A stretch of DNA of 64,000 bases from an uncultured bacterium (GTDB lineage: Bacteria > Zixibacteria > MSB-5A5 > UBA10806 > 4484-95), in the NCBI GenBank assembly GCA_965603725.1, contig CBFDEC010000012.1:8097-72096 (forward strand), written 5' to 3'. A program made the translations under genes and the position numbers. Each line of letters opens with the position of its first letter. The first letter of the stretch is position 1. Shown in pieces: positions 1 through 10,245 of this stretch. The notes under the pieces were generated by a model. The model ran no database searches, was not told the origin of the DNA, and saw only the letters and a list, made by a program, of their open reading frames with translations.

Positions 1-628
1 CATATCTATCGTTTGTAACTTTAATACAAGCATTATCCTCAAGGGCGATTCCTGTTATTTTATTTTTAGCTATCAACTTGCTGAAAGCCTTCTTACGACC
101 GCTTTCGGTCGAGTAGTGGACATTGCAGGCAAAACTGACCAATCCCAGGCACCTGACAGCAGTCCAGCGGTTTTTAAAGGCGTTGGACAACCCGAGAGAA
201 AACCAGCAGTTGGCTCCAGCCGACAAACCCGCCATCATAACCCCGTTTTTCCAGGCTCGCTTAAGCATTTTGTCTACGTTATATTTATGCCACATCCGCA
301 TCATCGACGGGGTCGAGCCCCCACCGACATAAACTAAATCACACCAATTGATCTTTTTAGCTATGACAGATTTTGATGAGACTCCACCATATAGGTATAA
401 AACATCGGTGTCGCATCCCAGCCTTCGACCGTAAATTTCTGCAAAAGTTTCGTAATATTCGGGATCGTCTCCGGAGGCGGTTGGAATAAACAAGGCACGC
501 GGTTTACTTTTAATGCGTCCCTCACGGATTTTTGCTGCAGCTACAATTTGTTTATCGATGGCAAGTGTTTCTAATTCGGACAACTCGCCGCCGCCAATAG
601 CGAAAATTGTGGTGATAAGAGGGGGCAT
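1..628 (-). CDS. Peptidase E / S51 family (class I glutamine amidotransferase-like), 3' end runs off the window
   Basis: Manual translation: MPPLITTIFAIGGGE...ALFIPTASGDD...VYVGGGST...MAGLSAGANCWF; GxSAG nucleophile motif. Not in the ORF track because it is truncated. Confidence 0.85.
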   Translation of the reverse strand, partial: MPPLITTIFAIGGGELSELETLAIDKQIVAAAKIREGRIKSKPRALFIPTASGDDPEYYETFAEIYGRRLGCDTDVLYLYGGVSSKSVIAKKINWCDLVYVGGGSTPSMMRMWHKYNVDKMLKRAWKNGVMMAGLSAGANCWFSLGLSNAFKNRWTAVRCLGLVSFACNVHYSTESGRKKAFSKLIAKNKITGIALEDNACIKVTNDRY

Positions 629-650
629 GGTGTATGTATTAAATATTAAT

Positions 651-1814
651 TTATTTCACCTTATAAACTAAGCTTTGCAGAATTTCAAGATTTGCTTCTA
701 TAATCATTATTCCATCTTTTTCGATTAAATTAATCAATCTATTTTCAGAAAGCTTTTTGATATCCCTGCTTCGAGTACTGATACTAACATTAGAGTAAAG
801 AGCTCTTACAGAAGGCGATGATATAAAATCTCTATACGGCGTTATACCAATTTGTACAAGAATTTCTAAAAAGTGCACCATCCGCTTAGTTAGAATATTT
901 GGTACTTTTTTGTTCTCTCTGTGTAAATAATGGATATAATCAGAAAACATTAGAACACTGACTTTTCGTTTTACTCTATCTTTAATAGCACTCAATTCTT
1001 CGACTAATCCCTTTAAACCAAACTTAATGAAGTTTGTAACATTGCAGGTTCTACGCACATCTCGCAGTTCCGCAAGATATCTGTCCTTATCTTTGACCCA
1101 GAAATTTGCCAGCACATAAAAGAAATGTTGATGTAAAATATCATTTGATAAAAGACAATATGATTCTACTGCTCTGGAGGTTCGACCATTTCCATCAAAG
1201 AATGGGTGTATTTCAGTTAGATAATAATGCGACAATAAAGCACGAATAACGGGATGATTATCTAAACCTTCCGACTTCCCATTATACCATTCAATAAATT
1301 GATTTACAGCAAGTTCAACAGAAGCCTGGTCTGGAAAAAGGGATGGCAATTTAGGCACACCAAATTCAACCTGGTCATTTCTTAAATGCCCGGGTTTGTT
1401 GGAAATATGGCGTATGTCTCTTGTTGTTAGAGTATGAATTTGACGCAGAAATGGAAGTGAAATATCAGGATTCTTATTATTAGCAACATGCTCATTAATA
1501 AAATTATAAACCTCTCGGGAATTCTGAACTTCCTGCTCAGCTTTTTGCAATGCATATTTCTTATCAGCTTTTTCGAATACAGCTTTTATTTCTTCTTCCG
1601 TTAACTGATTGCCTTCAATGGCAGTTGTACTTCCCACAGCTCTTATTATTTCATCTCGCAATATTGAGTCTTTAACAAATGGAAATGCCGGCATCTCTAC
1701 TATAAAAGAATGCAGACTTATAACATTGCTAATTAATTGAATATCCTCTAAAATGTCATTTTTTTTAATATCAAACAGGTTAAATTCTAAAAGCCTATCT
1801 GCTGTTAAAGTCAT
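651..1814 (-). CDS. Fic-domain protein (probable AMPylase) with C-terminal winged-HTH-like region
   Basis: Canonical HPFFDGNGRTSR motif; N-terminal inhibitory-type motif STTAIEGN; AT-rich compared with neighbours. Confidence 0.92.
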   Translation of the reverse strand: MTLTADRLLEFNLFDIKKNDILEDIQLISNVISLHSFIVEMPAFPFVKDSILRDEIIRAVGSTTAIEGNQLTEEEIKAVFEKADKKYALQKAEQEVQNSREVYNFINEHVANNKNPDISLPFLRQIHTLTTRDIRHISNKPGHLRNDQVEFGVPKLPSLFPDQASVELAVNQFIEWYNGKSEGLDNHPVIRALLSHYYLTEIHPFFDGNGRTSRAVESYCLLSNDILHQHFFYVLANFWVKDKDRYLAELRDVRRTCNVTNFIKFGLKGLVEELSAIKDRVKRKVSVLMFSDYIHYLHRENKKVPNILTKRMVHFLEILVQIGITPYRDFISSPSVRALYSNVSISTRSRDIKKLSENRLINLIEKDGIMIIEANLEILQSLVYKVK

Positions 1815-1817
1815 TCT

Positions 1818-1877
1818 GCAATCCTTTTTGTAATCCTTTTTGTAACCCTTTATGCAACAATATTTGCAATACTAATC
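1818..1877. repeat. Five degenerate 12-bp tandem units upstream of fic
   Basis: gcaatccttttt / gtaatccttttt / gtaaccctttat / gcaacaatattt / gcaatactaatc, starting at 1818, 1830, 1842, 1854, 1866. Confidence 0.75.
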
Positions 1878-1987
1878 TATTGATCCTTATAATATTATAG
1901 AATATTTATCGTATTTATGCAACAAATATTTATAAATGATTTGCATTCATTTTTGATCTATATTTTTAACAGAGCGATTATCTGTCC

Positions 1988-3412
1988 CTACTCTTTCCTC
2001 CCCGCCAAACTCACCAGCCACACCACTGCCAGCGACAGGAAAAACCCGGGCACCAGTTCATATAATGCATTCGATAAGGCCGGGATATTTTTCCAGATTA
2101 CTACAGTCAAAAAGCCAACGACCATGCCAGAGATGGCGCCGGTCGAGGTGACCCTTTTCCATAACAGCCCCAGTATCAATGGCGGGGCAAATGCTGCTCC
2201 CAGGCCGGCCCAGGCATAAAGCACAAATGAGAATATCACCCGCTTTTCAGTCAGCGCTAACAGCATTGCCAGGATGCCCAAAACACCTACTGCCAGACGA
2301 TCGATATTGACCACATGACGGCTGTCGAGGTCTTTGCCGGTGAGACGGGCATACAGATCATGAGCGATTGAGGATGAGGCCACCAGAAGCTGACTGTCGG
2401 CGGTCGAGCAGATTGCCGCGAGCACTGCGGCCAGCATCAAGCCGGCAAGAACACCCGGCAGAAGCTGAATCGAGATGATCGGCAGAGCCTGTTCGGCATC
2501 CCCAAGATGGCCAAATACAGCCCGGCAGGCCAGGCCAAGAAATACTGCGCCTGTGAAGACAAACACGCCCCAAAGCATTGCTATAATGCGCCCGCGTTTT
2601 ATTGCGGCCTCATCCTGAGCGGCCATAAACCTGATTATCACATGGGGTTGGCCAGGATAACCAAGCCCGATGCCAAGCCAGCCGATTACCAGACCCAGCG
2701 CCATAAATCCGACTTTATTACCGGTTATTTTAACCAGATCTGGATCCGCTGCGGCAAGCCTGCTGAAAACCTCCCCCAGCCCACCGCCATGTGAAATCAC
2801 CAGAATCGGCAGAAACACTAAAGCCAGCCACATCAGTATACCTTGAATAAAATCAGTCCAGGCAACCGCCCGGAAACCGCCGCTGACCGTGTAGACCACG
2901 ACTATTACTACTCCGATTAATACACCAACAGAGTATTTAATGTGAAAAACGGCTTCGAACGCTTTTCCGGCGGCATTAAACTGAGCCGCCACGTAGGCCG
3001 TCATCATGAAAAATATAACTACAACCGAAACCCAGCGGATTATCAGAGCCTTATCCTTATAAATCGAGGCTAACAGGTCGGGTATTGTATACACCTCGTG
3101 TTTGGATGTATACTTATTCACCGGACGAGCCATCACCCACCAGTTGAATATATAGCCAAGCAGGCATCCCGGCGCCACCCAGATAGCGGCCAACCCCTCT
3201 GTAAAAGCGGTACCCACCAGGCCCAGTGTAACCCATCCCGACTCCGAGGAAGCCGAAGCCGACAGGGCCGTCACCCAGGCGCCCAATCCCTTACGAGCCA
3301 AAAGATAATCCGAGGTGGAACGGGAGGCAAACCTGGCAGAATATAGACCGACTGCGATTATGCTCGCTGTGTAAACAATAAACGATACGGTTAGTGTCCA
3401 TGATGTTTCCAT
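1988..3412 (-). CDS. putP: Sodium/proline symporter (SSS family)
   Basis: About 13 hydrophobic segments; ALSASASSESGW, GGFRAVAWTDFIQG, GYPGQPHVIIRFMA, AAICSTADSQLL motifs. Confidence 0.88.
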   Translation of the reverse strand: METSWTLTVSFIVYTASIIAVGLYSARFASRSTSDYLLARKGLGAWVTALSASASSESGWVTLGLVGTAFTEGLAAIWVAPGCLLGYIFNWWVMARPVNKYTSKHEVYTIPDLLASIYKDKALIIRWVSVVVIFFMMTAYVAAQFNAAGKAFEAVFHIKYSVGVLIGVVIVVVYTVSGGFRAVAWTDFIQGILMWLALVFLPILVISHGGGLGEVFSRLAAADPDLVKITGNKVGFMALGLVIGWLGIGLGYPGQPHVIIRFMAAQDEAAIKRGRIIAMLWGVFVFTGAVFLGLACRAVFGHLGDAEQALPIISIQLLPGVLAGLMLAAVLAAICSTADSQLLVASSSIAHDLYARLTGKDLDSRHVVNIDRLAVGVLGILAMLLALTEKRVIFSFVLYAWAGLGAAFAPPLILGLLWKRVTSTGAISGMVVGFLTVVIWKNIPALSNALYELVPGFFLSLAVVWLVSLAGRKE

Positions 3413-3585
3413 TTAGCGCCTTCGAGTATTTTGTTCATTAAAGTCAAAATTCACGCATATTAATTTCAGTTCAAACTAAAATCGTGTTATTTTACAACGA
3501 AATATTCAGGGTGACAACCTTTTAAATGAAAAGATGAGAACTAAAACCGATTATTTAAAAACAGCTTCATTGATATCAATTGAGC

Positions 3586-3612
3586 AAAAAAAACCGGCCT
3601 GGCTGGCCGGTT
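3586..3612 (-). terminator. Intrinsic terminator after ferredoxin
   Basis: Minus strand aaccggcc-agcca-ggccggtt followed by a T run. Confidence 0.75.
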
Positions 3613-3638
3613 ATAGAATTTATTGTCGGTATTAAAGG

Positions 3639-3827
3639 CTACTCGATAATTTCGATACAACCCTCGGGGCAGCTATCGGCCGCATCCCGGCAATCCTCTT
3701 CGGCATCCTCCGGAACTTCTTCAATAATGACTTTAGCCTTATCATCCTCCATCTCGAAAACCTCAGGGCAAAGATCCGCACAAATACCGTCACCGCTGCA
3801 AAGATCATGATCGATTTTAACCTTCAT
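3639..3827 (-). CDS. Single-cluster ferredoxin
   Basis: MKVKIDHDLCSGDGICADLCPEVF...AADSCPEGCI; AGGAGG RBS before the ATG at 3827. Confidence 0.92.
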   Translation of the reverse strand: MKVKIDHDLCSGDGICADLCPEVFEMEDDKAKVIIEEVPEDAEEDCRDAADSCPEGCIEIIE

Positions 3828-4029
3828 ACAAGTCCTCCTGGTTGGTTTCAATTACCAGCCTGCTCAACAAAGCAGGCTTTGTTCATTTTCCTATTGCTGG
3901 CGAATATAGGTTTGAACTGTTTTCCTGTCAAGCAATACGACAGTTAAAACAAAAATATTTTTGCACAAAACCCTATTGGCCTAACTTTTTAAAATGTAGC
4001 GGCTTAATCTGTTAAAAAAATACAGCTTA

Positions 4030-4632
4030 TTAAAACTGCTGGATTCCCTCAAGAATGTTATGGTCTATAAGAATATATTTGTCCGCAGCCTGTCTGAGCA
4101 AATATGAGCCGCCAAGATTGGCCACTTCGACATGTTTGCCCAGTTCCTTGACCTTTTCTACAATTAGAGCAAAATCCTCATCACCGGAAATCAATATCGC
4201 GGTATCATAATTGTCTTTGAATGCAAATGTCAGCATATCTACAACTATATGAGTATCGACGCCCTTTTCAACGTAGGTGGGCGTTGAAATAAAAGTGCCA
4301 TCAGGGAGGTTATGACGAACAATCCTTCTCTCAAGACGGCCAAATCTCTTGGTTAGGTAAGGCACCGAATCGAGAGAATCGAAAAATGATTGTTGAAGGC
4401 GATGTTTTTCCTCATCATCTTCCCTGTTGAGAGGGGCATTATAATAATATGTTCGAATCAGATGTCTGTCGCCAACCAATCTTCGTGCAAATTTATCGAA
4501 CTCAAGATTAGTCTTACCAATAACGTTCTTTAAACTATGATACAGGTTGTTGCCATCGATAAACACCATAACCCGTTCGTTATAAACAGGTCTTACAGTT
4601 CCATGATATTGCGGCATGATCATTATTTCCAC
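4030..4632 (-). CDS. NYN-domain (LabA/DUF88, PIN-like) protein
   Basis: VFIDGNNLY, EKGVDT, ILISGDEDF motifs; start codon uncertain by a few codons. Confidence 0.9.
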   Translation of the reverse strand: MEIMIMPQYHGTVRPVYNERVMVFIDGNNLYHSLKNVIGKTNLEFDKFARRLVGDRHLIRTYYYNAPLNREDDEEKHRLQQSFFDSLDSVPYLTKRFGRLERRIVRHNLPDGTFISTPTYVEKGVDTHIVVDMLTFAFKDNYDTAILISGDEDFALIVEKVKELGKHVEVANLGGSYLLRQAADKYILIDHNILEGIQQF

Positions 4633-5221
4633 TCCTTAAATTACACGTAAATAAATTTCGATAATAATTCTAAATTTCCCACATAAAATTATGAATAAAA
4701 TCAACTTATTTATTCAATTTTCATATTTTCTTTACATAAACATCACTCCTTTTTCTGATAATCACTGACTTTTAATTGCAAACCTTTCAAAGAAAATACC
4801 AATAGCTATCCCAAATAACCCAATTTTATATAACCATATAATCTGGTTTGAATCAATTATCACGGTCAGTATTTAATACCTGCTTTTATTATATCTTTTC
4901 CTTTATAACCCCCTTCCTCGTGATATTACGAGATGGGGTGCAATATACATATCTAAAATATAAATTATTTCCCATATTTCAAGCAAAATTTTAAATTACA
5001 CAATAATCAGCTAAAATGTATCAATCAATATTTGTGTGCAAAGAATTTCATTGTAATTTGCATATTGCGTATTTATCTCGTTGGAAATTTCGCATCTGCT
5101 TTACCAAGCGCCGATTTTATTACATTTATTATTATATTATTCAATGAGTTAGGCCTTGTTTGATTATTGTTGAACAGATGGCCTTATTTTTGATTAATAT
5201 TTTATCAAACAGGAGGAAAAC

Positions 5222-5374
5222 ATGAAAAACAGATTTATTGATTTGTTAATAGGGAAAAATAGACAATCTGAAAAGAAAGCTTTATCAGATTCATATTCAA
5301 TATACCCGGATTCCGACCCGTCAAGGTATAATCCCTGGGATGATAAACCGCTTAAGGACGATAAAGAAGAATAA
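5222..5374 (+). CDS. Small hypothetical protein (50 aa)
   Basis: AGGAGG RBS then MKNRFIDLLIGKNRQSEKKALSDSYSIYPDSDPSRYNPWDDKPLKDDKEE*; followed by a terminator-like hairpin. Confidence 0.55.
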   Translation: MKNRFIDLLIGKNRQSEKKALSDSYSIYPDSDPSRYNPWDDKPLKDDKEE

Positions 5375-5404
5375 CTATTTCAATATATCTTCTGCTCTTC
5401 AATC

Positions 5405-5430
5405 AATCCCCCTTTCCCCGGGGGATTTTT
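5405..5430 (+). terminator. Putative intrinsic terminator
   Basis: aatccccc-tttcccc-gggggatt followed by T run. Confidence 0.55.
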
Positions 5431-5465
5431 ATTGATAAAAAGAAAAAATCAGATAAATTTACATT

Positions 5466-5759
5466 ATGCCTAAAAACAATAATGACCCGGTTGAAATGCC
5501 GATTAACGGCGCCCTCGATTTGCATACTTTCCCGCCAAAAGAGATTAAACAACTGGTGCCGGATTATATTGAAGCCTGCCTGGATAGAGGCATATATCAT
5601 TTAAGGATTATTCACGGTAAAGGAACCGGCACTCTAAGACGGATTGTTCATAGTATCCTGAAAGAGCATCCTGCAGTGATCGATTTTCATCATGAGGAGG
5701 GTTCAGGCGGCGGCTGGGGGGCAACGATAGTTGAGCTGAAAAAAGATATCAAGCAGTAG
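5466..5759 (+). CDS. Stand-alone Smr/MutS2-domain protein
   Basis: LDLHTF, IIHGKGTGTLR, GGWGATIV motifs. Confidence 0.92.
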   Translation: MPKNNNDPVEMPINGALDLHTFPPKEIKQLVPDYIEACLDRGIYHLRIIHGKGTGTLRRIVHSILKEHPAVIDFHHEEGSGGGWGATIVELKKDIKQ

Positions 5760-5985
5760 GTTGGAGATCCTACAGATCCGTAGGACTTATCCCCCAACAT
5801 GATTGCTGCCGGATAAATCCAATGGACACTGCGTGCCGACCGCCTACTTTTAAAGAATTATCTGGACGTTAGCGGCTGGTGTATGTCCTCATGCACCAGC
5901 TTAAACAATGGCAGACGAGACGTCCGCCATCCACAAAATCCGCCTATGGCGGATGCCAGCACATGCTAAGATTCGTTAATAATGC
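5756..5985. repeat. Cluster of REP-like palindromic repeats between convergent genes
   Basis: 5756-5847 is shared with 48986-49059 (ccggataaatccaatggacactgcgtgccgaccgcctac identical); atccgcctatggcggat palindrome plus tail at 5938-5985 is shared with 8170-8217 and 38297-38343. Confidence 0.8.
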
Positions 5986-6034
5986 GACATAATTGTTTGT
6001 GTAATTTTCCGGAGATAATATTACGGCCGTTTTT

Positions 6035-6853
6035 TCACCCGAACGCCACATCCAGAGTCATCATCACCGCGAAACCCAGCATAGCGCCCATAGTTGCCGC
6101 ATGGGAGTGGCCGCCGGCCTGCGATTCCGGAACGAGCTCTTCGACAACGACAAAGATCATGGCTCCTGCCGCAAAGGCCAGAGCATAGGGAAGTACAGGA
6201 CGGGCAATAACAACTAAGCTGGCGCCGATTACGCCTGCCACCGGTTCGACAACCCCCGAGAGTTGACCATACCAAAAACTTCTCAAACGGGATATCCCCT
6301 CACGACGCAGCGGTACTGAAACCGCGATCCCTTCTGGAAAATTCTGAATACCGATTCCCAAAGCCAAAACGACCGCGCCTGCCAGCGCCGCCGATGGGTA
6401 ACCCGCGGCTGCTGCTCCAAAAGCAACACCAACCGCCAGACCTTCCGGGATGTTGTGAAGAGTTATTGCAAACACCAACAGCGTAGTCCGCTTCCATTTG
6501 GTATGTAATCCCTCGGCCTGATCTGTATTTTTGTCACGGTGAAGGTGCGGCAGAAGACGGTCTGTCAAACGCAAAAACAACGCCCCAAGCAGAAAGCCCA
6601 CAGTAGCAGGAACCCAGGCGGGAATCGATTTGCCCTCGGACATCTCAATCGCCGGTGCCAGTAAAGACCAATAGCTGGCAGCAATCATTACGCCGGCGGC
6701 AAAGCCGAGCATGGCATCGAGTGTCCTCCTGCTCATATCACGGGCTAAGAAAACTACACTGGCGCCAAGGGCGGTTACAAACCAGGTGAAACAGGTGGCT
6801 ATTAAGGCCTGAATGATCGGGCTTAGACTTTTAAACCAGGTTATTATATCCAT
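6035..6853 (-). CDS. ZIP family (GufA/ZupT-like) divalent metal transporter
   Basis: [44 protein letters not shown]. Confidence 0.93.
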   Translation of the reverse strand: MDIITWFKSLSPIIQALIATCFTWFVTALGASVVFLARDMSRRTLDAMLGFAAGVMIAASYWSLLAPAIEMSEGKSIPAWVPATVGFLLGALFLRLTDRLLPHLHRDKNTDQAEGLHTKWKRTTLLVFAITLHNIPEGLAVGVAFGAAAAGYPSAALAGAVVLALGIGIQNFPEGIAVSVPLRREGISRLRSFWYGQLSGVVEPVAGVIGASLVVIARPVLPYALAFAAGAMIFVVVEELVPESQAGGHSHAATMGAMLGFAVMMTLDVAFG

Positions 6854-7010
6854 TTGTTAATAATTATAGCAGACAAGACGACCTGATGTAAACTGAAATG
6901 ATATTCAAAAGTACAGTGGAATTTAGCGATTAGTTGCCAGATGAAGTCATGATTAATTCAAATAGATACTGGAGAATAGACAAAGTATTAGCAGCATCCA
7001 GCATGCAATT

Positions 7011-7987
7011 TCATTTTCCAAATGATGCAATGGCTTCCTCAAGGGCAATGCGAACAGGTGTATAGGTGACACCTAATTCTCTTTCCACCTTGCTGCCATC
7101 GACTATAAAACCCTCTTTCATCACCCTGATTTGGTCCCTTGACATTCCCCATATAGGCGGTTTCTTGATTATGTCTGCTAACCATGTCAAAAGCCTGGCG
7201 TTTACCAGAACAACAAAATCGGGAAGGCGTATCTTTGGCAGGGTGACCCCCGAGATTTCCTTAATCATCTCGTTGAGCTCTCTTAATGACAGTTGGTGCT
7301 TACCTACCAGATATTTCTCACCGATGTTGTCTTCCTTCTCTGCCGCCCTAACAATAACTTCGGCTACATCCCTCAGATGTACCCAGGTCAGGACAGACTC
7401 ATGAAATATAGTTGCTGGCAAGCGGCGATTGATTAGATCTTTGATATACTTACCGGTGGCTTTCGTGTCACCGGGACCCAGAACCGCACAGGGATAAACA
7501 ACAACAAGCGGCAATCCTTTTTTATCAAAAAGTTCCCAGGCGATTAGATCTCCTTCATACTTTGTTTGGAAATATTCGCTGAAGCGAACAGGGCCAACAG
7601 GGCTTTCCTCGATAAAAGGACAATCCGTTGGTTTGCCATATATTCCTCCAGTGCTTACATGCACAACTTTGGAAATGCCTATTTCCAAAGCACATTCCAT
7701 AATATTTCGGTTACCTTCGACATTAACATCATTATAAATTTTATTATTGGATTCCCAGAATGAGTATATATTTGCCAGATTGATGACCCAATCGCAACCT
7801 TTCATACCTTCAAAAAGAGAATCCTTATTTGTCAAATCCCCTGTAATTAGCGTAATCCCAACTCCTCAATCGCATGAATCCGACTGCTTTTCCTGACAAG
7901 GCAGTATAGTTCATGTTCGGTTTGCGCCAGACGTTTAACTAAGTGCGTTCCAATAAAACCTGCAGCCCCTGTAATAAATATTTTCAT
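7011..7987 (-). pseudogene. NAD-dependent epimerase / dihydroflavonol-reductase-like SDR with a 1-bp frameshift near 7858
   Basis: True start at 7987 (RBS aggagg; MKIFITGAAGFIG...IEELG) stops after about 46 codons; the rest (GITLITGDLTNKDS...YFQTK) is in another frame. Confidence 0.8.
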
Positions 7988-8127
7988 ATATTCCTTCCTC
8001 CTACATGCATGTTAGATGATATCGCCTATTAATAAACAAACGTTCCGTTGAATCCCTATATTTCATACAATTATACCTTAATGTTGTTTTGAATACAACT
8101 AAAACACTCTATGATCTCTATAATGCT

Positions 8128-8217
8128 TTTGTGCTGTCGGAGGTTACTTCCGACAACTCTGGCAGAAGAATCCGCCTATGGCGGATGCCAGCACATGCTA
8201 AGATTCGTGAATAATGC
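8128..8217. repeat. REP-like composite repeat, copy at 38256-38343
   Basis: tgtgctgtcggaggttacttccgaca...ctggcagaag...tccgcctatggcggatgccagca...gctaagatt(c/t)gtgaataatgc in both copies. Confidence 0.8.
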
Positions 8218-8347
8218 AGATTAGGTTACGTTTTTGAAAAGACTGAAGATTTTCCTGTTGTATGCAATGGGGTTGTTTTTATAACAGTAAGTTGGGAGCC
8301 TATCCCCCAATAATAGCTGTCTGTGGACATGTGCCGCCCACAGGAAA

Positions 8348-9220
8348 TTATATTTTAATCATGGATAAAGCTTCATCGAATGGAAGCAATCGAGTCTTCA
8401 ACATTTTTCTGGCCTTATCAATTTTCAGTCCGCCTTTTAGCGGTCTTTTGGCTTTCTGGTTTAATTTCTCTGTAGTAGTTGGCTGGATCAATCCCTGATT
8501 GAGATTGAAATGTTCGGCGGTTTTCAGCGCTATTTCATATCGGGAGAGGTAATCTGCTCCTCCGATATGAAGTATTCCGTTAAATTCGCTCAGGGCGGCT
8601 TCAATTGCCGCCTCGGCTAAGTTGCCGGCTTGGATGGGATTGTTGAACTGATCAGTTACTATATGCAATTTCTTCCCTTTTTGTAAGCTGTCTATCAGGC
8701 CCGTGATAAAATTATGCCGGATATTTCTGCCGGTACCGAAAAGGACATTTGTACGGATAATAATATGTTCCCTGCCTGACTCAGCAAGGACAGCTTCTGA
8801 TTTCAATTTCGTTTCGCCATGATAGTTAATAGGGCCAGTTTGGTCTTCTTCAGCATAAGGACCATTGATGCCATTGAAAACATAATCGCTGGAAAAATGA
8901 ATAAGCTTTTCAGCCTTCGTTGTCAGCAGGTTTTCAACCAGGCCGACGTTTAATGTATAAGCCTGCTTGCGGTTCTGTTCGCAGGCATCGACATCAGTAG
9001 TGCCGGCACAGTTGAAAACAAGTTCAGGGGCAAAATCATCAATGACTGGTTTGACTGTATCAAATTTCGTTAAATCTTCTTTGATATATTCCAGGTTTCG
9101 ATGCGGATCGAACGGGTTGACTGCAATATCTATGGCTAAAATGTTAAATTCATCAATTAGATTATTTACAAAGTGTTGTCCCAGAAGTCCGGCCCCCCCG
9201 GTGACAAGTATATTTCTCAA
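8348..9220 (-). CDS. rmlD: dTDP-4-dehydrorhamnose reductase
   Basis: GGAGLLG, TDVDACE, SSDYVF, DQFNNP, AKRP motifs; context with rmlBCA. The catalytic YxxxK reads HGETK. Confidence 0.85.
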   Translation of the reverse strand: MRNILVTGGAGLLGQHFVNNLIDEFNILAIDIAVNPFDPHRNLEYIKEDLTKFDTVKPVIDDFAPELVFNCAGTTDVDACEQNRKQAYTLNVGLVENLLTTKAEKLIHFSSDYVFNGINGPYAEEDQTGPINYHGETKLKSEAVLAESGREHIIIRTNVLFGTGRNIRHNFITGLIDSLQKGKKLHIVTDQFNNPIQAGNLAEAAIEAALSEFNGILHIGGADYLSRYEIALKTAEHFNLNQGLIQPTTTEKLNQKAKRPLKGGLKIDKARKMLKTRLLPFDEALSMIKI

Positions 9221-10227
9221 CTGCGCTCCCGATAATGGATTTTGTAAAATTTTTGATATTCGCCGCTTTGAACATCATGCAGCCATTTATCGTTGTCACA
9301 ATACCATTTTATAGTCTTTGCCAGCCCCTCGGTAAAATCCATCTCGGGTTGCCAGCCGAGTTTTTCTTTAGCCTTAGCGGAATCTAATGCATAGCGGCGA
9401 TCATGTCCCGGACGATCCTTCACATGCTTAATCAGACTCTCCGGTTTATTGAGGAAGTTAAGGATGCTTTTAGTTATCTCCATGTTGGTCATCTCGTTGC
9501 TGCCGCCCAGATTGTAAATCTCGCCGTCTTCGGCCTTTTCCAATGCCGCCAGTATCCCCCGACAATGATCCTCGACATACAGCCAGTCACGAACATTAAG
9601 ACCGTCGCCATACAAAGGCAGGTGTTCATCGTTTAGAGCTCTCGTTATAAAAAATGGAATAAGCTTTTCGGGAAACTGGTATGGACCGTAATTGTTGCCG
9701 GCGCGGGTTATTACTACTGGCATTTCGAACGTTTTAAAATAAGAACGGCAGATAAGGTCGGCTGAGGCTTTGCTTGCGGCATAGGGTGAGTTCGGCAAAA
9801 GAGGCGACTTTTCGCTGAAATAGCCCTCTGAGCCAAGAGAGCCATAAACCTCATCGGTAGATATTTGAAGAAACCTTTTAGCCCCGGTTTCCAATGCATA
9901 GTCTAATAACAAACGGGCGCCCAGGATATTAGTTTGTAAAAACAGAGCCGGATCATACAGCGACCGGTCGACATGAGATTCGGCGGCGAAATTAATAACA
10001 TAGTCGAAACTATTGCTAAAAATATTTTTCACATCGTCAGGATCGGTGATATCGCCTTTGACAAATCGGTAATTATTGCTATCGCTGATATCTTCAAGGT
10101 TTGCCAGGTTGCCTGCATAAGTTAAATAATCAAAATTAACGATATTCCATTCGGGACGGTTTTTCAGTATGAAATGAATGAAATTTGAACCTATAAAACC
10201 GGCTCCTCCGGTTACCAGAAGTCTCAT
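9217..10227 (-). CDS. rmlB: dTDP-glucose 4,6-dehydratase
   Basis: GGAGFIGSNF, FAAESHVDRS, STDEVYG, YAASKA, DRPGHDRRYA. Confidence 0.96.
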   Translation of the reverse strand: MRLLVTGGAGFIGSNFIHFILKNRPEWNIVNFDYLTYAGNLANLEDISDSNNYRFVKGDITDPDDVKNIFSNSFDYVINFAAESHVDRSLYDPALFLQTNILGARLLLDYALETGAKRFLQISTDEVYGSLGSEGYFSEKSPLLPNSPYAASKASADLICRSYFKTFEMPVVITRAGNNYGPYQFPEKLIPFFITRALNDEHLPLYGDGLNVRDWLYVEDHCRGILAALEKAEDGEIYNLGGSNEMTNMEITKSILNFLNKPESLIKHVKDRPGHDRRYALDSAKAKEKLGWQPEMDFTEGLAKTIKWYCDNDKWLHDVQSGEYQKFYKIHYRERS

Positions 10228-10245
10228 AAAATATCCCTATTAATA

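Noticed and set aside
116-337. Two short + strand ORFs in the track
   Set aside because: Antisense shadows of the minus-strand peptidase E gene.
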